Assembly (NCBI GenBank): GCA_030704615.1
Contig: CM060732.1
Location: forward strand, 82,584,001-82,648,000
Reading direction: 5' to 3'
DNA length: 64,000 bases
Origin: Takakia lepidozioides
Lineage: Eukaryota > Plantae > Bryophyta
The translations under genes and the position numbers were made by a program. The first letter of the stretch is position 1; each line of letters opens with the position of its first letter. Positions 39,524 to 50,936 of the stretch are shown here, in pieces. A model generated the notes under the pieces. That model had not been told where the DNA came from. It did no database searches and was given only the letters and a program-made list of their open reading frames with translations.

Positions 39524-41896
39524 TCACAAATAATCTCCACAGGAACAAATCCCATCTCGGAAGTGATGAAACCGGCTTAAAACAATTTCTCGGCTAACAA
39601 TCTTTGAGATGAACTTGGTGGCTGTGTGGCAGTCACCACACACCCCAAGATTTTTTATGACATGGATAGGCATCCTAGGGGGTGTGCTGATGAGCGCAAA
39701 GGCAATGGCCAGCTTCTCACTGTGATAGCAGATAGACAATTCCTTTTGCTCCTCCTCCACATCATACAATACAAAGCGCATGTCTGGCACATACCCTGCC
39801 TCCTTCAGCTGTCCAGACAATCTACTCAACTCAGCATGGATTTCCTCAATTTGTGGATGTAGTTTGTCTTCTACGACAAAGGTATGCATCTGATTATTGA
39901 CCTCAATCCAGCTTCGCCCTGCCTCCTTTCTAACACCCCTGTCCTCCATCATCTTCCTCACCTTTGCTCTATCATCCCATCTGCCAGCCGCAGCATAGAT
40001 GTTTGCAAGGAGCACATAAGATGCTGGGTGCTGCGGATCACACTCAAGGATGCCTTTTGCAGCATGTTCTGCTACCTCTAAATCACCATGAGTTCTGCCT
40101 GCACTAAGCAAGGCAGCCCAAACCAAAGAATCCGGTTTGATTGGCATTTTGCTGATGCAGTCCTCAGCTTCATTCAATTGTCCAGCACGACCAAGAAGAT
40201 CCACCATGCAACCAAAATGCTCCACTGTAGGTGTGAGACCGTGATATCCGCTCAAGGAATCAAAATAGTGAAGACCTTCATCCACTAGCCCAACATGGCT
40301 GCATGCAGAAAGAACAGAAGTGAAGGTGATACCGTCTGCCTTGAAGCCTTCCTGTTGCATGCGTTCGAATAATCCGAGTGCCTCCCTCCCACACCCATGC
40401 TGAGCATATGCTGCAATAATTGCATTCCATGAGACTACATCTCGTTCAGCCATTTTGTCAAACACTTGCTGTGCATCCGTTATGCTCCCACATTTGGAAT
40501 ATGTGTCGACAAGGGTATTCTCCAAATTAATATATGATTCAATTCCAGCTTTGATGATGTCAGCATGAACCTGCTTGCTCCTTTCCAGAGCCCCAATGGT
40601 GGCGCAAGCATTGAGAACACCAATGAATGTGACCCTGTTGGGCATCTCCCCCTCCCATTGCATTTTCTTATAGATTTCAAAGGCCTCCCAACCACGACCA
40701 TGCTGCACATAGCCTGCGATCATCACACTCCATGAGACCACATCTCGTTTAGCCATTTTGTTGAACACTTGACATGCATCCTCCATGCTGCCACATTTGG
40801 CATACGCGTCGATAAGGGTGTTCTCCAACTTAATATCTAAAAAGATTCCAGACTCTATGATGTCAGCGTGGATCTGCTCGATCCTTTCCAAGCCACCCAG
40901 ACTGGCACATGCATTGAGAACACCAATGAAGGTAACCCTGTTGGGCGTCGTCCCTCCCAGTTGCATTTGTTCATAAATTTTGAGAGCCTCTGCACCATGC
41001 CCATGCTGAACATATCCTGAGATCATCGCACTACATGAGACCACATCTTGTTTGGCCATATTGTCGAACACTTTGCGTGCATCTTCTATGCTCCCACATT
41101 TGGCATAAGTGTCAATAAGGGTATTCTCCAGATTAATATATGACACAATTCCAGCATTTTTGATATCAGCATGGACCTGCTTGCACCTGTCCAGGGCTAA
41201 TAAGCTGGCACAGGCATTGAGAACGCAAATGAACGTTACCTTGTTGGGGATGATCCCCTCCCATTGCATGTGCTCATACAGTTTTAAAGCTTCCTTGGCG
41301 TGCCCATGCTTGGCATATCCTGCCATCATCATTGTCCATGTGAATATATCTCGTTGAGACATGTCGTCAAACAATCGTTGCGCATCTACCATACTCCCAC
41401 ACTTGGCATACATGTTGACAATGGCATTGACCACAAACAGGTTTCGCTTCAATTTACTTTTCATAATGTGGGCATGCACCTGCTTCCCCTCTGCAAGGGC
41501 ATAGTTGTTGATGCACCCCTGCAAGAGACAGAAATAAGTATTGGAGTCTGCATGGAGGCCTTGTTCATCCATGATTTGCAGTGCCTCTTTTAATCTTCCC
41601 TGCTTACAGAGTGTCCTTACATCCCTACAACCAGATGTGATCTTGTTGACACCCTCTGTAGACCTTCTGGAAGTGGTGACGACAGTCAGAGTGCGGCCTG
41701 GGTTGCAAGACTGATGTCCAACAAACATTTGTGCCTCATTCAACCCTGCCGCCCTGCGTGAGGCAGATGTCAAAGTTGCAAAGAAAGATATCAAGACAAC
41801 AGCTTTTCCACCGAGTTCTAACAGAGTTACAAACGTCCAGTCTAAACCATGGCGACTCCCTGTACTGGAAATTGCAACCTTTGAATTGCCATGCAC
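39524..41896 (-). CDS. PLS-class PPR protein with E1/E2/DYW domains (organellar C-to-U RNA-editing factor type)
   Basis: Repeated L-S-P triplets, P2-L2-S2, E domains, GRSWIEV, HSEKLA, CGDCH, ending CSCGDYL. The ORF starts at a non-ATG codon; the first in-frame ATG is at 41728. Confidence 0.93.
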   Translation of the reverse strand: MHGNSKVAISSTGSRHGLDWTFVTLLELGGKAVVLISFFATLTSASRRAAGLNEAQMFVGHQSCNPGRTLTVVTTSRRSTEGVNKITSGCRDVRTLCKQGRLKEALQIMDEQGLHADSNTYFCLLQGCINNYALAEGKQVHAHIMKSKLKRNLFVVNAIVNMYAKCGSMVDAQRLFDDMSQRDIFTWTMMMAGYAKHGHAKEALKLYEHMQWEGIIPNKVTFICVLNACASLLALDRCKQVHADIKNAGIVSYINLENTLIDTYAKCGSIEDARKVFDNMAKQDVVSCSAMISGYVQHGHGAEALKIYEQMQLGGTTPNRVTFIGVLNACASLGGLERIEQIHADIIESGIFLDIKLENTLIDAYAKCGSMEDACQVFNKMAKRDVVSWSVMIAGYVQHGRGWEAFEIYKKMQWEGEMPNRVTFIGVLNACATIGALERSKQVHADIIKAGIESYINLENTLVDTYSKCGSITDAQQVFDKMAERDVVSWNAIIAAYAQHGCGREALGLFERMQQEGFKADGITFTSVLSACSHVGLVDEGLHYFDSLSGYHGLTPTVEHFGCMVDLLGRAGQLNEAEDCISKMPIKPDSLVWAALLSAGRTHGDLEVAEHAAKGILECDPQHPASYVLLANIYAAAGRWDDRAKVRKMMEDRGVRKEAGRSWIEVNNQMHTFVVEDKLHPQIEEIHAELSRLSGQLKEAGYVPDMRFVLYDVEEEQKELSICYHSEKLAIAFALISTPPRMPIHVIKNLGVCGDCHTATKFISKIVSREIVLSRFHHFRDGICSCGDYL

Positions 41897-42478
41897 AAAC
41901 AGTACCTGTTGTGTTCTTGCCGTACAGATCCAGGCTGCATGTCAACATTAGAACCATCACCAGATTGAGCTCGACGTTTTGTCACAGCAGCTAAATCTGC
42001 TTTCACCCAGGGAGGTTTCAGCCGAATCTCCATCCATAGGGCCTCCATTCTCCACTTTCGTTCAAAGTCTGTATATTTGGAATCCTTCTGTGCAAAACAC
42101 CAGTGTGCAATTAAGCAGCGACAGCTTCAAGCAACAAAAATGCAACGTTCACAGCAAGCATCTTGCAGACCAAAGAGAACAACCATGCACAATGCCCAGC
42201 TGAAATGGAACAAGAACCTATTCATGTCCACTACTCATGTCCACTACTAGGACAAATTTGCAGCTCTTTCAGAACAAAGTGCACCGTGTCATTTACCGAG
42301 GCATCTTTGATACAGACCTTTAGAAACCTTCTGTCGCAACATTGTGAATGATCGGACAAGCAATCCTGCCAGAGCCCTTCCATGCTCATTGCTTGACCTG
42401 CATGCAAGTACCACTAAAATACAGAATCTTTAGCAGCTCATAACTGCCAGATTCTAATTGAATAATGCTCACCACTAG

Positions 42479-42482
<4 letters not shown>

Positions 42483-42514
<32 letters not shown>
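42483..42514. repeat. (CT)n microsatellite between the divergent PPR genes
   Basis: About 16 CT units. Confidence 0.9.
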
Positions 42515-42516
<2 letters not shown>

Positions 42517-44504
42517 CCTCTGATACTTTAGTGTTACGAGCAGTCGGATGGATGTGTACTGCTCCGGAGAGTGGTAACTGGAGAACAAACTTACCCCCAA
42601 AATGAAGGCAACTCTATGAACTTAATTAGATGAAACCTGGTGAATATGCCGGCAACCAAGTAGCAGACGGTGCAGCTACCGAAGTCGAGGGGAACGGTAT
42701 TTTCTCTCTCCCTGGGACCCCTTGGACTTTATGAAGTCTCTCTATCCATGTTTTGCATAGGCTATCCGAGCTTTCCTCGGACGTTACAAACTCTCTCCTC
42801 TCTATAGACAGCAGCCTACTTCATGTTATTCGAGGGTAAAACGACCCTTTTTGCATCACAGTTGGTCCCGACTCCCCAGTAGAGGAGAAGGAACGCAACC
42901 TGCAAGTCCTTTTGAGGCCTTCAGTGGTGTGCCGTGTGAAATTCCCACAAAAAATTTCCCATCTTCATAAATGTCTTACATTCTGTTTCTGTCTCGTCGT
43001 CCTTGGAGATTTTGGCAAGCTTCCACTGCTTCAGCTTTCTTTGTATCGTGTTTTCACTGTGCTGAGGAGCCAGCAGCGGTTATATGGGCTTCTCAGCGAT
43101 TAGTGAGGAGTCCGTCGTCGTCACTGCCAGTGGGGAATGATAGGTTCTCGTGGCAGGAGAACCTATCACACTGCCAAATGGATGCAGGTACGTCTTTAAA
43201 AACTTCCTCTTTACTCTTGGGTTTCTATCTTTCCCTCACTCTCGTTCTGTGCATCAGACTAACCAGGAAATGCAGCCGAACTACCGCTCTTATTTATTTA
43301 TTTACCGAGTTCACGCAGCTGGATCCTAATTAGTGGCTAGTCATCCTACACCGGATAACCTTTAACCGGAGCGCTTGGGAATTATTTGCTGTAAGCTTCT
43401 GGAGATTGTAATAAGCATACAGCAACTACTTTGTCTGGAATGCTTGAATCGTGTAAGCATGGGTGTCTGTGAGGAGACTGTGTGTGTACCGATACCAGCC
43501 GTTGCACTACCGATTGCGGTACCTAAGAGTAAAGTAACTTGTTTGGATCACGGACCTAGATATCTCGGACATGGGAGCTGTATGATTCTCAGTCTGGACG
43601 TGGCCAAGGCACTGCCTAACAAAAGACAACCTCTGGACAGGGTTCTAAGGAATCCTGCTATAAATGTTGCTATCCATGTGACTAGCATGGATGAGCTACC
43701 AGATTGTTGGATTATATGAAACTACTATTTGACATGCTAGTCACGGGTATGCTTCTTCCTTCTCCTGTGGTGCATCATTGGGGTCACCCCGGAGCTATCA
43801 GTATTCTCCAGGCACAGTTTTTGCTCAATAGAGACCCTCCAGAGCTGATTGTGGTGGGGTTTAAGAGTTATATAACTGGGTCCAAAATAGCCAAGGTTCT
43901 TCTAGGTGAAATGGATTCAGTCTTCCAGGTTGATGGTTGACATTGACATGATACAAGAAGGAATCATGGTGGGCTGCTGCTATAATACTCAGTCACCTAA
44001 TATTGTTAACAGTATTGTTGCTTCGAAGTAGGGCATGAAAGTTGCTTATTCCAGTTGGTTTGAAAGATTCTTGGGAGCTTTGTTTGTTGTAGCCTGTTCT
44101 ACTATGGGGCTGAGTCTGACTATGAAGGCCCACAGACCCTTGCTGGTGGATTACAGCTTTTCATTCTACGATGTTTGCTTGAGGCTACAGCTGCTCAGAG
44201 ATCCACTGTGGTTTTCACAGAACCATAAAGATAAGCATTCAAAGGAGGCCCTATGGATGGAGACTCGGTGGAACCAGTCAAAGCTTCTTACGGTGAAAGC
44301 AAAGCTACTGATGATGACACAAGAACGAGCACAATGGGGTGCTGCTTCTAAATTCGATATGCAGTATGAGCCTCGAGGCCGAGAACGCAACAAATATCTT
44401 TATCGGGAGGGAGGACAGTTTGATGGTTTGAAGTTCCAGAACTAAAATTCCATTCTGCTTTCCTCTTGTAGGCCCCTGCTAAACTTGGTGGAATACTTGC
44501 CCAT

Positions 44505-46628
44505 ATGAGGAGATTTCTCCTGAAGTCTCTAGAACCTTTGAAAACTTTTGGACAGAAAATTGTAACCAGGAGTTTTGAGTCACACACGGTCGCAGGGTTG
44601 AATGAGGCAGAAATGCTTGTTGCACATCAGACTGGCAGCTTGCGTAGCACCTGCAAAAGAGGTACTCCTGTGGCTGTGAGGACACTCTGCGAGAAGGGAA
44701 GACTGAAAGAGGCATTGCACATTTTGGAGCAACAAGACGTTCAGCCAGATCCCAGTACTTATGTCTGTCTCTTGCAGGGGTGCATCAACTTGAAAGCTCT
44801 GGCAGAGGGAAAGCAGGTGCATGCCCACATCATGAGAAGTACATTGAAGCCGAACACATTTGTTGTCAACACCCTTCTCAACATGTATGCCAAGTGTGGG
44901 AGCTTAGTGGATGCACGACGAGTGTTTGATGAAATGCCTCAACGAGATATATTCACATGGACTATGATGATGGCAGGATATGCCAAGCACGGGCATGCTG
45001 AGGAGGCTCTCAGAATATATGGGCAAATGCAACAGGAAGGGGTGACGCCCGATAGAGTCATGTTCATTTGCGTTCTCAATGCGTGTGCCAGCCTAGGAGC
45101 ACTGGAAAGGGGCAAGCAGATCCATGATGATATCCTTCGAACTGGAGTTCCGTCCGACAATATGTTGGAGACCACTCTTGTTCACATGTATGCCAAATGC
45201 GGAAGTGTGAAGGATGCACGTCAAGTGTTTGACAAGATGGCTAAACGAGACGTGGTCTCGTGGAGTGCGATGATCGCAGGATATGCTCAAAGCGGCCATG
45301 GTGAAGAGGCTCTCAGAATCTATGAGCAAATGCAAAAGGAAGGAATCACACCTGACCGGGTCACATTTATTTGTGTTCTCAATGCATGTGGCAGCCTAGG
45401 AGCCCTGGATAGATGCAAACAGGTCTATGCCGACATCATAAAAGCTGAAATTGCATCATTTGTTCAGTTGGACAATACCCTTGTTGACACGTTTGCTAAA
45501 TGTGGGAGCATAGAGAACGCGCGCAAAGTGTTTGACAGAATGGCTAGACGAGATGTCGTTTCATGTAGTGCGATGATTGCAGGATATGCTCAATATGGGT
45601 ATGGTAGGGAGGCTGTTAAAATCTATGAACAAATGCAACAGGAGGGGGTGATACCTGACTCTGTCACATTCATTTGTGTTCTCAATGCGTGTGCCAGCCT
45701 GAGGGCCCTGGGAACAAGCAAGCAGGTCCACGCTGATATCATCAAAGCTGGAAATGCGACATATGTTAATTTGGAGAATACCCTTGTTGACACATATGCC
45801 AAATGTGGGAGCATAGAAGATGCTCGTCAAGTGTTTGACAAAATGGCTGAACGAGATGTGGTCTCATGGAATGCGATGATCGGAGGATACACTCAGCATG
45901 GTTGTGATACAGAGGCTTTAGAAGCCTATGAGCAAATGCAACACGAAGGAGTGACACCCAACTGGATCACATTTATTTCTATTCTGAAGGCATGTGCCAG
46001 CCTTGCGGTCCTGGAAGAGGGGCAGCAGGTCCATGCCGACATCATCGCAGCTGGAATTGCATCATATCTTAATCTGGATAATGCTCTTGTTGACATGTAT
46101 GCCAAATGTGGGAGCATAAAGGATGCGCGTCAAGTGTTCAATAAAATGGAAAAGCGAGATGTGGTCTCATGGAGTGCGATGATGACCGGATATGCTCAGC
46201 ATGGGTGTGGTAGGGAGGCCCTTCAACTATTTGAGCAAATGCAACAGGAAGGTTTGAAGCCGGATGGTGTCACCTTGACCTCTGTTCTCTCTGCATGCAG
46301 CCATGGGGGCCTTGTGGATGAAGGTTGTCACTACTTCAATTTGATGAGTCGGAATTATGGCCTCACACCTACAGTTGAGCATTTTGGTTGCATGGTGGAC
46401 CTCCTTGGCCGCGCTGGGCGATTGGACGAGGCTGAGGACTTCATTAACAAAATGTCCATCGTACCAGATGCTTTGGTGTGGGGGGCATTGCTTGGTGGCT
46501 GCAGCATTCACAGGAATGCAGAAGTTGCAGAACGTGCTGCAAAATGCATACTCAGTTTTGATCCTCGACACTCTGAAACACATGCTGCTATGCTCCACCT
46601 GGCAGGTGGGACAAGAAAGCAAAGGTGA
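44505..46628 (+). CDS. PLS-class PPR protein truncated in E2 (inverted paralog of 39524-41896)
   Basis: Intact 707-aa ORF of P/L/S motifs plus E1; the frame is lost after DPRH. Confidence 0.88.
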   Translation: MRRFLLKSLEPLKTFGQKIVTRSFESHTVAGLNEAEMLVAHQTGSLRSTCKRGTPVAVRTLCEKGRLKEALHILEQQDVQPDPSTYVCLLQGCINLKALAEGKQVHAHIMRSTLKPNTFVVNTLLNMYAKCGSLVDARRVFDEMPQRDIFTWTMMMAGYAKHGHAEEALRIYGQMQQEGVTPDRVMFICVLNACASLGALERGKQIHDDILRTGVPSDNMLETTLVHMYAKCGSVKDARQVFDKMAKRDVVSWSAMIAGYAQSGHGEEALRIYEQMQKEGITPDRVTFICVLNACGSLGALDRCKQVYADIIKAEIASFVQLDNTLVDTFAKCGSIENARKVFDRMARRDVVSCSAMIAGYAQYGYGREAVKIYEQMQQEGVIPDSVTFICVLNACASLRALGTSKQVHADIIKAGNATYVNLENTLVDTYAKCGSIEDARQVFDKMAERDVVSWNAMIGGYTQHGCDTEALEAYEQMQHEGVTPNWITFISILKACASLAVLEEGQQVHADIIAAGIASYLNLDNALVDMYAKCGSIKDARQVFNKMEKRDVVSWSAMMTGYAQHGCGREALQLFEQMQQEGLKPDGVTLTSVLSACSHGGLVDEGCHYFNLMSRNYGLTPTVEHFGCMVDLLGRAGRLDEAEDFINKMSIVPDALVWGALLGGCSIHRNAEVAERAAKCILSFDPRHSETHAAMLHLAGGTRKQR

Positions 46629-47044
46629 GAAGAGGACAAAGATGTTAGAAAGGACATGGGGCACAGCTGCACTTAAGGTAACAACCGGGTGCATCCATTC
46701 ACTGTTGAAGATACACTGTATCCAGAAATTGAGGGAAGCGAAACCAAGTTGAAGAGATTGCGTGGGGAGGCTGTATATGTGCCTGGCATGTGTTGTATTG
46801 CATGAGGTGGAATAGAAGCAAAGGGTCTCATCTCTACCACCACATGAGAAGCTGGCCGTTGGTTTTGGCCTCATCAGCACACTCTGGGATGCCTAGATCC
46901 ACATCATCAAGAACCTTCCAGTGTGTTGTGACTGCCACACTTCCACCAAGCTCATCTCAAAGGGGTGAGCAGTTGTTACATACGGATGCCGACCTGTTTC
47001 ACCACTTCCAAGATGTGGCTTGCTTCTGTAGAGACTATGGCTGA
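46629..47044 (+). pseudogene. Decayed E+/DYW domain of the second PPR gene
   Basis: Out-of-frame remnants HEKLAVGFGLIST, IHIIKNLPVCCDCHTSTKLISK and DADLFHHFQDVACFCRDYG*. Confidence 0.9.
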
Positions 47045-47254
47045 AATAGTGACATTCATCAATCAGAAGTGTATCATTTCAAACTACTGGGTCGAAAGCT
47101 CAAAATATTCAGTGACTTATATTAGGAGTAATAATGCTGGAGGCAAGAGCAATTACTTTCAGATAGGATAGATACCAAGGTTCAGACCAGAGGGATCTCC
47201 AGCCACAAGTCTTCTTGAAACTAGATGCTCAAAGCGGGACAATTTCTGCTTCAA

Positions 47255-48768
47255 TTGTTCAGGTTGAGAAAGAATCAAAGACCCAAAACTCAGCCTGGAC
47301 TTTACATTGGTCTTAACTTGGTGTCCCCATGAAGGAGGGTGTCCCTTGGGAAGGGAGTAAGGTGTCAAATCTTCCTCTGGACACCCAGGAAGGGTGCTAG
47401 AGATTCTCTCTAGAGTGAGGGTGGTATAACTCTTATGATCTGCTTGCCTCTTGTGCAAGGGCGATGATATGATGACTGCCCCCACTACCAGCGACATCAC
47501 CCTCCTCTTCAGATGGACCACAGATGGGCAAGAATTAATCCTGACATGGCAATTACACACCTAGAGACCTCAACAGTAAGACTTGAAACACTAGTCTCGC
47601 AAGTATGCAAATGTCGGATAACCACTGTGACACGTCACAACAGTGTTATACTATATCATGTGACTACCTGAATTTCCACAAGGCTTTGTAATTGTCACCA
47701 TGGACTTTTGCAGGAGCATTTATCTGACTTCTGAGTACTTACCTATATAGCAGGAGACTATATTCAGCAATTTCTCCACATTGCCTTATATATGTGGTAA
47801 ATGTCTGCAGAAAATGAAAATCGATTGATGGAAACAGCAAACTCCAGAACTTGGTGTGAACAGATAACTAACTGATAGAAAGATTCAATCTGGCAATCTA
47901 CACTAAATTGTTTCTGGACAATCTCATGTCTTGAGAAGGCTTTTAACCAAAAAAGTTACACTCATATCAACTGCCAATGTGGACAATTCACCAACCCGCA
48001 AACAAATCATACAGAAGTGAGAATTAACAAAAACTTAAAACTACTTGGTGATCCCACTATGCAAGTTTCTCAGATTAAGAGCCGCACTTGCTAACAGCAG
48101 ATAATTGGGTCCTGCTTTGTGGTATCAGAGGAAACGAATGCTGCTGTACCCAAATTGCCTGCAAGATCAGGGTATGCAGACCCCCTCTTTGCCCATAATC
48201 AGCTTGTCAAAGTGTCTAGAATGCAATCAACATCATGCGGTTTTTTTAAGTTCTTTTGGGGGAGCCTCGAAAAGAATACAATTCACATTTCCCGCAAAGG
48301 AAATGTACATGTTTTTTTCCCACCACCTGCACATCCAAGATCAATATATCAGAAAATCATATATTAGGCAGTAGGGTGAGGGTGGTTGTTTGTGTAGTGC
48401 GACACGATTACACCTCGAATCCCACACATCGCCTTCCCCTATCTGTTGATCTCTGTGTTCGGCATAATCAGCCAAATCTACCTTTGACACCAGCATCAAT
48501 TGCTGTTATTCTCCCTTATTCCTTGTCTGGCATTGTCGAATCTTAGAAAAGGAAACCCAAAAATCAAATCAAAACTCTGAATACTTTCCACCGACTTTCT
48601 AATCAGGAACATTGCAGGCACTCACCTCTCTAGGGTACACAAGACTTTGCTTCTAACGCCCTTGCACCATGCTCCTTCAGTCAGAGCAACTTCACCCGAA
48701 GATTTCATCCCTCTGTAACCACTCCAACCAACAGGCAATGTATTATGTGAATATTCAAGACAAGCTTC
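47255..48768 (+). repeat. Donor copy of a 1.5-kb segment duplicated at 56434-57879
   Basis: Near-identical sequence from ttgttcaggttg to acaagcttc in both places. Confidence 0.95.
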
Positions 48769-49589
48769 CATTTTTGACATAGAATATTGGTATGGCCTTC
48801 AGCATTGGGCCCGCAATGATAACCAATAGCTTTTTCTTTCATATTCAGGCACAATTGTGCGAAGACACTGCACCAGAAGGCGAGCAGGAACTGTGAAAAT
48901 TTCTGAGCCTGACAAAGGATGCACTTGAAGAGACTATCTGCACAACCTCACAATCTCATTGATGATCTTCTACCTCGCTAGACACCTATGTAGTCTGCAT
49001 TGGAGTTCAAAAAGTCAGCAAATTAAGTGCAAAGTAGTTTGTCTTTACTTCAGGACTTAATGGGGGTAATCTGATACCAGTAGGAAATAAAGAAATCTTC
49101 TGAACTCAAAACCTCAAAATTCAAAGTACCTACCAACTAGCCACATCTTTGCACCTGGCTTTGCTTCATTCCACTCTTGAGAGTATCTCATGAACAGCCA
49201 TCAGAAAGTGGAAGAAGTCAAAACCATAAAGGGTACACTTCACATGTCCTTTCTTACCTTCGTACCATGTTTTTCACCTCTTCTGGTCAGCAGGCTGCTT
49301 GCTTTGAGGACCAAATGTGAGTAGTTGTGGAAGTGAGGTTAAAAAGGTCAGTCAAGGGAGCACCCCAGTGCTCAGGCCCAAACGATGGAACCTAGCAAAG
49401 CCTGTGAACAATACTATCCCAGATCCACATAAAGAACATGCTTCAAACTGAGTCGCACAATAATATATATCGCATCATCCCTAATGTGGATTTGGCCTTC
49501 TTGCTACTACAACTGAGACACACAAGTTATGTTTCTCCTCCATGAAAAGTGTAAGAATTAAAAAGAGCCACAAAGACGTTCAAACCTGA

Positions 49590-50672
49590 TTAGACAGAGT
49601 TGTGGAAAGTCGGATCAAAGATGAACATCTCCTCCCGACATCCAAATTTCGTAGGTGACATCTGACTCCACGATCTTTGTGAAAAATCATAGCACAACAT
49701 CGGCACAAACCAATCTGTGGCAAAGTAAATCATGTCCCCTTGGCCAACACACTCGAAGTCGTTGTCTTTCGATTCAAAGCATGCAATGAAACCGCCGAGC
49801 AAACGGTCAGGCATCCTCTCCACTTCCACCCACTTCAATCTTGATTCGTCAAGCTCCCAGATCTGAATGCTGCGTGATCCTTTCCATCGGTTATGAACAC
49901 CTGCTACCAACAAAAGAGTGCCATGGCGCTCGACCAGATGCGGCCATACTAGACATCGTGGTAATTCCACCTCAAGCTCCATCCAGACCGCCTGCTTTAA
50001 ATCATAATAAAACACTAGTTTACCGCCATCCACTTTTCTCCCGGTGATGTAAAGGCATCCTTTGCACAAGACGCCATTCGGGACAAACGAGAAGCCTTCC
50101 GGTACTCGCGCGCCAATCTCCCATACGTTTGTGGAAGAGTCATACACCTGTGTGGTTGGTCTATTGTAACAACTGTGCATGCCAACAATGAAGATCTTGT
50201 AACTCTCGCTGCTCGCATCGAACATCATAACCTTCCCGGACGATCCGTGCCGCATCGCATTGAGCGTGGGAGGCAAGCGCCTCCACGCCTTGGTGATGGG
50301 ATTGCAAACCATCAAACCATCTCCCCGCTCATTCGAATGCTCACTCGAAACATACGCACACAACATTCCTCCCGCTGCAGCTAGCAGAGACGACACCTTC
50401 AATTCCCGCGGGATGAAAGACAGCGACAGCTTGTGCCAAGTCTGTAGCGTAGGATTATACGCAGCAACCGCCTCGCAGCCATGCATGAGATGCAGCAGAA
50501 ACCCTTTCGGAGCATGATCGGTCGAACATCTCCTCACGCTAGCCCGCGTGAGGATAAACGCATTCCACTTCTTACTCACGCAACGCAACGGCAGGATGCT
50601 GCGAAACGGCAACTTCTCCACAATTCTCTCCAACAGCTCCTCCGGCAGATTCCTCCACAGCTCCCCCTCCAT
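49590..50672 (-). CDS. F-box protein with kelch-like beta-propeller C-terminus, intronless CDS, about 360 aa
   Basis: MEGELWRNLPEELLERIVEKLPFRSILPLRCVSKKWN is the F-box. LAAAGGMLC, MVCNPITKAWRRLPP and QVYDSSTNVW are typical of plant F-box/kelch proteins. Confidence 0.93.
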   Translation of the reverse strand: MEGELWRNLPEELLERIVEKLPFRSILPLRCVSKKWNAFILTRASVRRCSTDHAPKGFLLHLMHGCEAVAAYNPTLQTWHKLSLSFIPRELKVSSLLAAAGGMLCAYVSSEHSNERGDGLMVCNPITKAWRRLPPTLNAMRHGSSGKVMMFDASSESYKIFIVGMHSCYNRPTTQVYDSSTNVWEIGARVPEGFSFVPNGVLCKGCLYITGRKVDGGKLVFYYDLKQAVWMELEVELPRCLVWPHLVERHGTLLLVAGVHNRWKGSRSIQIWELDESRLKWVEVERMPDRLLGGFIACFESKDNDFECVGQGDMIYFATDWFVPMLCYDFSQRSWSQMSPTKFGCREEMFIFDPTFHNSV

Positions 50673-50817
50673 CGCCTTCCAACAACAAAACACCTCTCCT
50701 ACCACCGCCGATCGCTCTCCCAGCAAACACCAAATCCACAAATCGACTGCAGCACTTCCCGAAAAGACCACGCAAGCTCCCAGCACATTGTCAACATAAA
50801 GCAACAAGAGAAATCAC

Positions 50818-50936
50818 CACAGACAACCGAATCCGAGCTTATCTGAACCCCCGAGACTCTCAATCATGAAATTTCAACACAGACAACCGAATCCGAGCTT
50901 CGCTGACCCCCCCGAGACTCTCAATCATGAAATTTC
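50818..50936. repeat. About 60-bp tandem duplication upstream of the F-box CDS
   Basis: cacagacaaccgaatccgagctt...ctcaatcatgaaatttc occurs twice. Confidence 0.9.

Noticed and set aside
40785-46117. Repeated antisense ORFs (MLPHLAY...)
   Set aside because: Shadow ORFs of the PPR repeats.
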